From contig CM120641.1 of assembly GCA_051362555.1 (NCBI GenBank), positions 15,996,001 to 16,060,000 of the forward strand: DNA of 64,000 bases. The letters run 5' to 3'. This stretch comes from Lingula anatina (taxonomy: Eukaryota > Animalia > Brachiopoda). The notes beneath the pieces were generated by a model that was not told the origin of the DNA, did not search any database, and saw nothing but the letters and a program-made list of their open reading frames with translations. Below, in pieces: positions 1 to 12,800 of the stretch. Within the stretch, counting starts at the first letter, position 1; every line of letters starts with the position of its first letter. The position numbers and the translations under genes are program-made.

Positions 1-489
1 AAGCGAAAAACAACATTTGAAATAAATAAATGTAACTGCTCTGACAGTAAAACTGGTCACAAACAAAGCATAACAGTTAATTTGGGTAATGGAGAGGCAA
101 TGGGATTTCTAAATTATCCTGTTGGTATTCCCATCATTATTCGTATTGTTGACATTGTGATAACTAGAGGATCAGAGAGGCGATACCGCCTCCGGATATT
201 GTACCACCAGCTGGAGTATGGACCCCCCCCCCCCCAAAAAAAAAAAAGGGACACCATCACCAGTCTTGTGCTTGACAAGTTCTATAAAATGCAATCAACA
301 AGAGTTCTCAAAATATGCTAAAAAAATATAAATAAAAATGGTACAATCAAGCAGATTTTTGAACTGACCTGCATTTTCCTACCATTGATCACTCCTGTGA
401 TTCTCTAGACAAAAGGCCTATTCCTTAAAGCGTGTTGTCAGTGGTGCATATATGCTGACAAAAGAGAAAACCTAGAGGCAACACCGGGC

Positions 490-1805
490 ACATCTCTGCT
501 AGTTTTGAAGATATGAGGAGCAAGAAAATATGCAAAGCTCAGTTCATGGTGAAAAAGTAGGTCAAAGTCAATTTCAACATCATAGTATATGAATTTCTAT
601 TCAAGTTCAATAGTAACCATGGGCATTTCTTTTCAAGTTTTGCAGATTTAAAGGCCAAAAAACATGCAAAAAGCAGTTCATCATAAAAATTAGGTCAAAA
701 GTCAATTTCAAGGTCACAGTTAGATTGCCAGTGCATACTTCCTATTCAAGTTCAACAGTAACTATGGAACTTTCTCTGCCAGTTTTGGAGATAAAAGGGA
801 ATGGAAATTTGCAAAGTTCAGTTCATGGTAAAAAGTAGGTCAAAGGTTAATTTTAAGGTCACAGTAAATTGCCAGTATATGACTTCCTATTCAAGTTCAA
901 TAGTAACTATGGGCATATCTTTGCCAGTTTTGAAAGTATAAGCATTAAAAAAGTTGCAAAGTTCAGTTTATGGTGTAAAGTAGGTCAAAGGTCAATTTCA
1001 AGGTCACAGATAAATTGCCAGTATGTGACTTCCTATTCAACTTCAGTAGTAACTATAGACCTATCTCTGCCAGTTTTGGAAATAAAAGGGAACAAATTTT
1101 ACAAAGTTCAATTCATGATGAAAAGTAGGTCAAAGGTCAATTTAAAGGTCACTCCTAGATTGCCAGTATATGACTTCCTATTCAAGTTTAATAGTAACTA
1201 TGGACCTATCTCTGCCAGTTTTGGAGATAAAAGGGAGCAAAATTTTGCAAAGTTCAGTTCATGGTAAAAAGTAGGTTAAAGGTCAATTTTAAGGTCACAG
1301 TAAATTGCCAGTATGTGACTTCCTATTCAACTTCAATAGTAACTATGGACATATCTCTGCCAGTTTTAGAGAGAAAAGGGAACCAAAATTTGCAAAGTTC
1401 AGTTCATTGTGTAAAGTAGGTCAGAGGTCAATTTCAAGGTCACGGTTAGATTGCCAGTATATGACTTCCTATTGAAGTTCAATAGTAACTAATGGCGTAT
1501 CTCTGCCAGTTTAAGAGATATAAGGGCTAGAAAATTTGCAAAGTTCAGTTCATGGTGTAAAGTAGGTCAGAGGTCAATTTCAGGATCACAGTTAGCTTGC
1601 CAGTATATCACTTCCTATTCAAGTTCAACAGTAACTATGGGCATATCTTTGCCAGTTTTGGAGATATAAAAATCAGAAAACTTGCAAAGTGCAGTTCATC
1701 ATGAAAAGTAGGTCAAAGGTCAATTTCAAGGTCACAGTTAGATAACAAGTATATGACTTCCTATTCAAGTTCAATAGTAACTATGGGCGTATCTCTGCTA
1801 ATTTT
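490..1805. repeat. Tandem satellite, about 9 copies of a ~145-146-bp unit
   Basis: (G/C)ACTTCCTATT recurs at about 881, 1027, 1172, 1317, 1463, 1609 and 1755, and AAGTAGGTCA recurs with the same period. The first two units are more diverged. Confidence 0.92.
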
Positions 1806-2495
1806 GTAGTATTTAACATTTTATTTTCACCACTAAATATTGGATGTTGAACTGTCAATATAGTACAATGCCTAAGCCGTATCGAAAAGAAAAAACAGAC
1901 ACCACCTGCAGCGTTGTGCTTGACAAGCTCTACAAAATGCAAAAAACAAGAGGTCTCTGGCATTAACAGTTCCAGAATTTGAGAAAGTTTTCAGTTTTGG
2001 CATCTAATGGCCGCTACTCCCGTGAAAATGCACCGATTGACCCCAAACTCATGAATATGAAAGAAGATCCTAAGGGTAACACTTGTCCATAATATCATAA
2101 GTTAGACCTGTGAAGTTTCTGAAAAAATAATAATTTTTTTTGCAAAAAATGCCCATTTTTAGAAAATTTTGGCCCGTTTGACCTTGAAATAAAGGTCAAA
2201 GGTCAAATCCAAGGGCATATTTGAAATCTCCACATATGACTTTCGGTTAGCGCTCTGTAGAAATTTTTCACATAATTCCTTCGGTATGGGAGATATTTAG
2301 CATTGAATTTTCAAAAATTTTGACAAGGGTGCGTTACAACGAGCGCCACGCCCAGGCCAATGCACCGACTGAGACAAAAAACCCAGGGGGTTCAAGTTGA
2401 GATTATATGTGACCAAAATCCAAGAGATGGGGACACAGGTCCTTGCGGTCTAGGAGGAGAAGCGGTAACGGTGACTTGTATCCCACGCCATCCTG

Positions 2496-2573
2496 CGGAG
2501 CCGCAGGAGCCGCATGAGCCGGCGGAGCCGCATGAGCCGGCGGAGCCGCAGGAGCCGCAGGAGCCGGCGGAGC
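2496..2573. repeat. GC-rich 9-bp minisatellite (GAGCCGCAG/GAGCCGCAT/GAGCCGGCG)n
   Basis: About 8 units are directly visible. They generate the spurious low-complexity ORFs listed in several frames. Confidence 0.85.
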
Positions 2574-2693
2574 TGTACGAGACGGGTCGGGACTAAAACC
2601 ATGAGTACCGCCAGCGTACACGCTGGTGGTACTAAATATAGCATTAGGCATAAAACGGTATACAGTGGAAATGGTCAGCTGAGGAGTACCTAC

Positions 2694-2878
2694 CTACACA
2701 AAATGTTTCATTGTGATACTCAAAACCATCACTGCAAGTACACCTGTTGTTTTTAGAACTGCAATAACCATTTACACAACTGCTGTTTCCATTGCAGGTC
2801 CAGTTGCCATCTAAAAATATTTAAACAACATAACTATCAAATGTGTACAAAAAGGGTCCTGCGTGCGTTTAAGTTATC

Positions 2879-2977
<99 letters not shown>

Positions 2978-5900
2978 TGCTAACTTACTACATAGATTGG
3001 AAGCTTCATCAGTCCCATCTGGGCAGTCATTGTAACCATCGCAGGTTTTTCTCATGCTGATACACATGGGATAATTTTCACATGCGAACTCATCATTCCT
3101 ACACTGGTCACCTAGGGGGCAGACAGAACCACATTAAATTGATTTTCTTATTATACCAATATGGCAAGTTTATGAATCACTAATTCACATTTAACTGACA
3201 TAAGCACAAATAATCCGTCATATATACTGCAATAAGATACACAAGAACAATCTCTAACATATCCAATTTAAAAAAAGGAAATTGTCATAATTCAGCACGC
3301 TTAGTTTAAACAAAATCAATTATCAAAGCTGCTCACAGTTTGACTCATCAGAATTGTCCCCACAATCATTTCGCCCATTACACTTCAGTGATGCTCTAAT
3401 ACACTTTGTATTGTTACATCTGATGCGGCCATCCAAACATCTGTGGTCTTCTGCAAAATTAAATAAATACTTCATTCAAAAAATTTCCCATCAGATAAAT
3501 TGATCATTTTACAAAATCCAGTTTGCAAAGACACATTCTTCCTATTGTCTTCAATCAACTCCTTCTTTTTTAATTCTTAGAATAAACATATCAAATGTTA
3601 AAAGATAAGAAAAAATAAAAACACTTTTTACATTTCCTCAACCCCTTTAAAAATGGAAATTTGCCACACAATAGAACATGAAAGTACGGTAATATGTAAT
3701 TTTGTTTTCCAATTTGCTATTCAACTTATCCAATTTTTCATATTAAACTGAAATGGAAAGACTCGGAAACAAATCTCACTTAGACAGTGTAGTTATAATG
3801 TCTTCAACAAAAATGGGGCAATGTATGTTACATCATGTCAAACAAATCAAATGTTATTACTTTTTGAGACGACTTCACTGAGCCTAGGAAGACATCTTTT
3901 CTCAGGGAAAAGATGGCTTCATTTGTACCCTTTGAAATCTTAAATATCTGTATGTTACACCTATTTCCACTGCCAAAGAAAGACACTCACTGCACATAGC
4001 AATCTCTTCATCTGAGCTGTCCCTACAGTCTATATCACCATCACACACATAGGACTGTGGAATGCACTCCGTGGTGTTCCCACACTTAAACTCTCCTGTC
4101 TTACAAGCATGGGCTGGAATAGTAATAGTAAAATAATTATACTCAATGGCAAGTAAACTTGTTTTGGCAGCTCTGTCAAAGCAGTATGACCCTGGCCAAT
4201 GTTATAATGTTTAAACACTTAGAAGTCTTGTGGAGAACAATTACTTTTTATCACTGTCACCCATTTTGGTAAGGTAAAACTTTAAACAATCAAGTACAAA
4301 GAATGGGCCTAATTTGTCAGAACAACATGTGATGATTTACTACAGTCCTGTAAACATTTATAAATGCATTCAGTGTGTATGGAATTCTGAGTCCTCAAAA
4401 GAAGAATCTTTCTCAGACATCCAGTATCAGTTAAACATAAGTCAAGACACTACTCACGGCAATTGATTTCATCAGATCCATCAGAGCAGTCAGTGGTGTT
4501 GTCACATTTCCACTGGAGTGGGATACACGGGCCATTGCTGCAGTGAAAGTCAGTATCTTTGCAATTCTCAGCTGAAAGAAGACATTAAGCATGGACTTAA
4601 GACAAAATAAATCATTCGTGTACTTCAGAAAATTTAAAATGATACGCATGACTAAATATATCTTTTTACATGCAATGTCAGCTAAAGAGGATTTTTATTG
4701 TTGATCTGCATACCTCCACATTTTTCATCGGATCCATCTGTGCAGTCGGTGATTTGGTCACATCTGCTGGAGTTCCGGATACACTGACCATTATCACAAC
4801 GCCACTGACTCTCTGAGCACTCTCCATATGCTAAAAACAAAATATGTTTTATCATCTTCTTACCAAATATAACAAAATTTAACCCTGAATATTATAATAG
4901 TGAGAAGATTTTTACCTGTTATACCTACACTATATTTCAATTTTTATTTTATACTTTACTTTCAAGATCTCATGTACAGAAATATTTCTGTCAGTCCATC
5001 TTTTAGGAAGGATTTCTGACATAAAAGGACAGTATACCTAGTCTATTTCTACATATTACAATGCAAACATTATTTCTACATTTTCAAACATATATGAGTA
5101 ATTATACGTAATACATACTGCAATTCTTCTCATCAGAATGGTCATCACAGTCAAAGTCATGATCACAGCGCCATCTACCAGGAATACAACGGTTGTTTGA
5201 ACAACGGAAGTATGTCGGCTCACAGGATGCTTTGGCTGAGAAAAGGCGCAATGATTATTTAACATCTGTCTTTGCTGCTATGTATATTATATTATACTAC
5301 TAGTAAAAACTGTATTAAGAAAAACACACATAATTAAAGTATTAACTCTTTCTCTATTCTTTAAGGATGTGTCATCAATAAATTTTATTGAATTGATTAA
5401 ATTCTTCAGATTTTGTAGATCAGCTAAATTGCCTTAAGTACATACTACATTCATCAGGAGGTTCATCACTTGTATCATTCTTCCCACAGTCATGATCTCC
5501 ATCACATTTCCAAGTGCTGGGAATACACCTTCCAGTTGAATTACATTTAATATAGTCAGCAGGACACTTTAGACTGGTACAGTTATCAGGCTCGTCACTA
5601 CGATCAGCGCAGTCATAGTCTGTGTCACAGCGCCAAACGTACGGAATGCATTTGCCATTGTTACACTGGAACTGGTTGGAGCGACAGGTAAGGCTTGCTG
5701 AAATTTTTAAAATAATATTTTAAAAAACAAATATATTCAATCTTATTAACTTCTCTACATATAAAAAAACAAGAAGCTCAGGATTTTCTTCAGGCATTCA
5801 ATTCTAGTAACTTTTTTAATTCTTTAAATTGATCTTTCAAAGAAATTGGTCATACTTCAAGGTTATTAAAATCCCACAAACTGATTTTTCCACAAATTAT

Positions 5901-6808
5901 CCAACTTAGCATACACCAAAATTCATTTCATTCATTGTTAACTTACGACAATCTTTTTCATCCACTCCATCGTAGCAGTCATTGTTGCCATCACACCGCT
6001 GCATCATGGGAATGCATCGAGAGTGCTCCCCTGCCAAACACTTAAACTGATTCTTCATACACGTGTAAGCAGCTTGTGAGATAAAAAGGTTAAAATTAAA
6101 CCTTAATCCTACATAGGTATCAATCATAATAATACATGTTTACTAAATACAGATTCAACTTTTCGTTGTAAAAGCTTTTTTGGCAAAGGTGAGACGGACA
6201 AAATTTCTAAGAAAAGATTATCAAAGTAGAAAATAAATGTCAATTTAACAAAAAACAAATTCTATTCCTCATCAGCACAACTTGTAAGCAGATTAAAAAA
6301 TTTCTACCAATACAATGTCTTAAAAATATTCTGCTCCCATTCAAAGTCATTTATGTCTTACATACCACAGTTATATTCATCAGAGCCATCCGCACACTGC
6401 TTCACTCCATCACAAATCTGCATAGGAGATATACACTCCTGATGAACAGCGTCATGGCATTGGAACAAACCAGGCTGGCGGCAATGGTATTCAGCTGAAA
6501 TAAAAATTATTATTTATGCATTCGCTAAATGAATTTGTAGCATTTGAAGCTACATGGCAGCTGAATGCCCCAGAGATGAGTTAGTATCATGAAAATGAAG
6601 CCTTTACATTTAAGTTCTGTTCTCATTTGCTTCTATTTGCCACATTCAAAATACACACTTGGTTATTAGCATGTTTACTCATGTTAACATGTATGTACAC
6701 TTACGACAGTCCTCTGGTTCATCTGACCCATCGCCACAGTCATCTTGTTTATCGCACTTCCACCAAAATGGAATACATTTGAAGGTATTTGTACAGGTAA
6801 ACTGGGAA
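2694..6808 (-). CDS. LRP1: LRP1 LDLa cluster IV (11 repeats) and next EGF; last exons visible in the window
   Basis: Exons 6705-6808, 6366-6494, 5947-6072, 5446-5697 (2 repeats), 5119-5235, 4714-4830, 4458-4571, 3991-4113, 3337-3450 and 2989-3111. EGF exon 2694-2810 ends G|GTAGGT, with the intron continuing past position 1. Confidence 0.9.
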
Positions 6809-9800
6809 CTGAAACAAACAAAATATTGAAGTGATACTTTCAGTAGATATTTGTGGCAAGTAACTCAAATGTGGTAGCACTTCAACCTTTTTCTATTTTT
6901 AATTCAAATGAATACTTTGTTATCAATTATACTGTCAAAACACAAAAGGAAAATATTTTTTCTATTTCCTTTGACAAAAATAAAATAACCAACAATTTGT
7001 ACAAATGAAAAATATGCATGGTTGAGGTTATGGTCTTAGAATCCAAGTCACACATCTAAAAGGAAAAAAAAAAAAAAAAAAAAACCAAAAGTATATTTTA
7101 TCTTTTACCCCCTTTATACATTCTTCAGTAAAATTCATATTTCGAAATTCTTGACAATTCTTGTTGTATAAACAGCCACTACTGACCTAGTACAGTTTGA
7201 AAGGCATGTTTTCTTATCCGAGGCCAGGTAATGGTTCTCTGGACAGGCACAAGTCCTGTCTTTACCACCAGGCTTTATCAGGCATAGATTTAGGCAGCCA
7301 CCATTTTTGTAGCAGGGGTTCTCAGAGTCTGGAGCTAATAAATGGAAACAAAAATTGAGAAGTTATTCTTCAAGATAAACTGATTTTTGATAATTTAAAA
7401 ATATGTAATGTCCAACACATTATCCTACAAACATTTGTTAGTTGTGGAAAAAAAACTCACCAAATGTTCAGAAATTAGTTGTCTGAACTGCTAGGTAGAC
7501 ATATGACATTCAGTTCCCATCTGCATCCTTAACAAAAATGTCTTTCTTCGTGGTACATATTAAGTTAATAACATTTCATACGAGAATGCAGAAAAACAGA
7601 CACAAACATATACATACGATGAATCTGTCGAAGTGGATGCAGAATATGAATGTCCATGGGTCTGTGAACAAAACTTGTCACATTAGTCATGTTAGCTCCA
7701 GAGAACTTGTTGGCACTATACACAGACATTTTCTCCCAGTCCGTCCAATAGATCAAATCCTCAAATGTCGTCAATGCAAAGATGTGCGGTAACTCTCCAT
7801 TAATAATAAGTCGGATATTCTTCCCATCCAAATCCGCCATTGCAATATAATCCAACCTAGCATCTGCCCAGAATATGGTCTCCGTTATATAATCAATTGT
7901 CATTGCATTCGGCCAGCTGAGATTTGTGGTCACAATTTTAATTTTTTGTGATCCATCCATTCCCATCCTTCCAATGTGGGCATCCTCTCCCCAGTCAGTG
8001 TAGAACAGGTACCCCTTGGCAGGGAACACCTCGATAGCCCTAGGCTCCTGTAGACCATTGTTCATAAGTATCTTCCTGTACATGCCGTTGAGCTTGGAAA
8101 CTTCTATAGTGTCTGTGGTCTTGTCACACCAGTAGAGGTTGCGACCCACCCAGTCTACTGCTATTCCATCTGGGTTCTTCAGGGTGGATTTGTGAAGGGT
8201 CTGGAAATAATGAAACTGGCACATGTATGGATGTATGCAATGAAAGTGTAATTTGTTATCTTAGCAAAAATTGAGCACAGAATTAAACAAAATTAAACTA
8301 ATACAGGTGAAGGTGAACAGGTAACTCAGTTGTGATCAAGTCCGAGTGATCACATCAGAGTGAACAGACAAAACAGTCTACAGGTAAATCAAATATGTGG
8401 ATCTATCATAAATAAAAACTGTTTAGCTATGAAAAAAAGAGACCCAATGAAACGATTTTCAGAAATATAACATAATTCTTAACAGAATGTCGGTACATAA
8501 AAAGAGAGATCATAACTAAATGGTCAATAAAGAAATAAATATCATAAATGACATAAATGCAAACAGAAGCACCTGGCCTAAAAAATCTGAATTATTTGAA
8601 AAAATGAAAAAAAAAAAAAATCTTTGACATATGCAGCTCAAACAGAAAGTGACTGTCACTAAAATTCCGCCCCCAAAAACTCACCTGTGTCACATTTGTC
8701 CCATTGAGGCTCATCTTGGAAATATTGCTTCCACTGACAGTGACATCAGACCAGTACACCATCTGCTCTTTCCAGTCAAAGTCAATAGCAACAGCATTCT
8801 TCAGATTGGATGCCAGACGTGTTCTTGTCAGGTTGGGGTAAACAAGGCGGATATAGTAATGGTTTGCCACTAACAAAACTGCATGATGGATCTCTGTAAG
8901 ATTACAAAGGTAGAGGTAGAAAAAAGAAAGGAACACTTTGGATGACACATGTAAATCAATGCTTGACAGTTGAGTTAACATGTTAAATCAAAATTTTGCA
9001 ATTGTAAATATTTTTACTAAAAAACTGCTTTCTTGGTTCATAATGAACTGGGAGAACTGCATGGCTTCAGTGTTTTATTCATGAGCAGACCACCTTCTCC
9101 CCTGTTGCAGATAAAATGTTAACATATCACTTTACTCACTAATGCAGTTTAACATGAAAATATCACTGAACGTACTGTCATTATGACGACAAGTTCTGCC
9201 TCCCTGTAAAGTGTATCCCTTGGCACAGCTGCAGGAATAGCTGCCCACAGTGTTCTTACAGTAGTGACTGCATGGATAGGAGGTTTTACACTCATCAATA
9301 TCTATAATTTTAATTAAATAATTGCAATCATTGTAAAGGTGAATAAGTGTAAATCATGCACGCACGCATACACACACACACACACAAAACATGTTACAAA
9401 CAAAATAAAGCAAAAGAGGAAATGAAACCTACAACTACAAATGTTATTATGCTTTTCTACAACCTTAAATTCTATATCTAAAAATTTCTTGGAACTTTAA
9501 GTCACTCGATATCATCATGCAAGGTTCGAATACCAGTTTCAAATAACTAAAACTTTCAGCCCTTAGCATTCTTCTTAACTGCACCTGTTTCTATGACAAA
9601 AGCTTACTCATGGCAAACTGTAATCAAGAAGACATAACAGAAGATATGTGCATACCTTTGCAAGTCCGTTTGTCATTTGCTAGTCTATATCCTGGGTAGC
9701 AATCACACTCATAGGCAATGGTCTTGTTGCGACAAACCTGAGCGCACTGGTTACTACCATCCACACACTTTAGCCCTGTGATGGTAAAATTGCAAATATG

Positions 9801-12800
9801 CTGTTAATAGTTAAAATAATGAATTCAACCAATGTAAAACAATGAAATCTTCTTACTTCCTTGAAGTGCATCCACACACTTAACCCTTGTGATGGTGAAA
9901 TTGCAAATATACTGTTAATAGCTAAAATAATGAATTCAACCTATGTAAAACAAAAACTTTCCAACTTCCTCATAAGTCATTTTAGTATATTTCATATAGT
10001 ATAGGGTTCAAATTTGTTACTACTTAAAGTGTGTCGGTGTGCAAGCACACACATGAGTACAAAGGTGAGTGTGCATGCAAGTATGTGTGTGTGTTTTCAC
10101 ATGTGTACATCTGTGTGTTTACATTCATGTGTTTGCCTGACTGGTGCATGTTTCTACTTACCACATGGCAATTCATCAGAGAAATCTCCACAGTCATTCT
10201 TCCCATTGCACAGCAGTGTTTTGTTAATGCACACACTGTTGTCACACATGTACATATCATCTCCTCCACAAGGGGGCGTCTTGGAACACATCCGTGGGTC
10301 CTCGTCTGATTGGTCACCACAGTCAAAGTACTTGTTACACTTATATTCTTTAGGAATACACTGTTTGCTATTTTTGCACTGCCATTCTGTTTCTGAGCAG
10401 TTGTGGTGGACTGAAAAGCCAAATACTTGGAAGTGAGTCTATAATGCTATCAAGCAATGAAGCTCTGTGAGGGTACACCAAATTTCCAAATAAAAGGCGA
10501 AGGCAAAATGTTTGAGACTAAGAAATGAACCATTCAGTTGAATGGCTTTGGTGTAAAAATGCCCTTTTCCTTTTAGAAGTTCTGAAAAACCTCAAGCCTT
10601 TGTGAAACATAAACTAATTTTCACTCATTGATAGCAAAACAAAGTGAAACAAGTATCATAACTTAAACAGCAAACTGCAGAATCTGATATAAAAGAGAAT
10701 AAAGTTCTACACTTACCACAATTCTCATCTGAATTGTCTCCACAGTCATCATCACCATCACAGTAGAAAGATTGCTTTATACAGCGATCATTTTGACACT
10801 GGAACTCATTGACATCACACAGTACGACCGCTGTAAGCAATGGAGATATATGCTGTTGTATCAAATAAATTAGCTGTATGGAAGCAAATAAACTTTTCTA
10901 CATTCATGTTCAATGTAAACAAATTAAGAAAAGGAAATGGATACATCTATCCACTTTTAACCCTTAATCAGAAGTTTGGAAATCTATATTTTTCTAGATT
11001 GAGTCATCAAAAAAATTGATTTTAAATTAATAATCTGTTTTTTATTCATTTTCATGAAAAAAGGGGAACCCCTATGAAAATCTGCCTATATACTGATAAC
11101 ATACTGCAATTATTTGCGGAGTGTTCATCTGATCCATCCTCACAATCTTGGTCACCATCACACATCCATGCTCTAGGAATACAGCGGCCAGTGTTGGGAC
11201 AGTGAAATTCATCTGATTTACAGGTCCTGTTTGCTGTGAGAAAAAAAAAACTATCAATTAAAAGAAAAAAAGGCAAATTTCTGCCCATGTAATTCTTATA
11301 AAATAAATATTTATCAGTTGTAGTTCCAAAGCAACAAGTTACTTAACCAAAATATACTTACTGCAGTTCTGGGCCTCGTCTGATCCATCTGGGCAGTCAG
11401 CATTACCATCACACTCCCAGACTGAAGGGATACAGGAGAACCCATCATGGCACTGAAACTGACTGGATGCACATGAGTAGTCTAGAAGAAAAAAAACACA
11501 CAAGTACCAAGGGTTATTTCTTTGTCATGCTGAGGCGTTATCATTGTATTGGAACTGCTGAACAATGATTTTTTAAAATCATGTCATATTTTATGGTTCA
11601 CACTTAACAAGGTGTAATGATGTTCTACTACTTACTACATCTCTTCTCATCTGACATATCTCCACAGTCGTCCTCCCTGTCACATTTCCAGTTGCTAGGG
11701 ATGCAATGTCCACTGTTTGAACACTGGAAATCTGAGCTGTTGTTGGAGCATTTATTTCTGATAGCTAAAAGTGGAAAAGGATGTGGCAAATAATTCAGTT
11801 ATTTTCATCACTAGAAGGTTAGAAAACCATGCCTACAACAGTCTAAATATTTTCTATAGCATGTATAAGGAAGACCATCAATCTCTGCTGCAGCTCTTGT
11901 AAATTTCATATTCACATGAACCAATTATTTTTTAATATGAAAAATCAAAATAAAATTATGTTTCACTAACGTGGGCAGTTCAGTTCATCGCTGTTGTCCC
12001 AGCAGTCATTATATCCATCACACTTCCAGCTAGGGAGGATACAGGCTGTGGTTGTATTACATGGTATCAGACCTGGTGGCTGGCGACCTATACTGTCTAT
12101 GGTAAAGTTTGAACATCCAACAGGGGCTGAAGGATGAGAGTATATTTTGTATTAATTTAATACGCTGAGAGGGGTGGTGATTTAAAAGTCTGTTGGCAGG
12201 GCATTAAGTGCTGTTTCGAGTTAAAATAGTCAGCTACTGTCAGAAGTACTAATTCACTGTACACTTTATATCTACTTCCTTGAATATGGAAATCATATGT
12301 ATCAATTTTTAACTAATGAACTGTAACCACTACCACACTTCTGTCTGATTTTCAACAATCAAAAACCTAATTTTTGAAAATGAAGATAACAAAATCATGG
12401 CCCAAATTTACAAGTATGTCCACTTACGACAGCCCTTTTCATCAGAAGCGTCTTCACAGTCTTTCTTTAAGTTGCATTTCTTGCTGCTACTGATACACTT
12501 GTCGTCACTGGCACAGCGGAACTCTGTCAACTTGCAACGACACAGAAGTTCATCAGAGTTGTCTCCACAGTCATCTTTGCCATCACACTGGGTTTCATTT
12601 TTGACACACCGGTGATTTAAACAACCAAAGAAACCAGCTGGACATTTTCGATACCCTGGAAAATACACAGAAATTTTGCATGTCATATCTATTCACTTTT
12701 CCTGACTGTGCAAATGAAACTACTGAAGTTAGTTTAAAATGTCAAATATGCACTTAAAAACAATGCAATTATCAAAATTTAAATTAAAACATTTTTCTTC

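Larger units (their letters stand above)
162..2635 (-). mobile_element. Non-autonomous Helitron/Helentron-like (HINE-type) element with internal satellite
   Basis: The minus-strand end is hairpin GAGGCG-GTAT-CGCCTC (177-192), 9 nt, then CTAG|T. The other end has a 14-bp stem hairpin (2604-2633) next to a 9-bp minisatellite. There is a central tandem array and an internal ~58-bp direct repeat (251-309 and ~1898-1957). No TSD and no Rep/helicase ORF. Confidence 0.55.

Noticed and set aside
869-1267. 132-aa ORF with an internal repeat
   Set aside because: Read-through of the 146-bp satellite, starting at TTG, with no protein-family features.
490-1805. Regularly spaced repeats that might suggest a CRISPR array
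   Set aside because: The whole unit repeats with no unique spacers, the context is a eukaryotic intron, and there are no cas genes.
2360-2756. Low-complexity ORFs (EPAEPHEP, RRSRMSRR protamine-like, APAAPP)
   Set aside because: All derive from the 9-bp minisatellite, which is open in several frames at once.
2837-3060. ERERER and SLSLSL ORFs
   Set aside because: Translations of the (GT)n(GA)n microsatellite. Only 2989-3111 on the minus strand is a real exon.
4916-4924. Possible 9-nt micro-exon tag|GTATAACAG|gtaaaa
   Set aside because: In frame, but the upstream sequence is purine-rich with no polypyrimidine tract.
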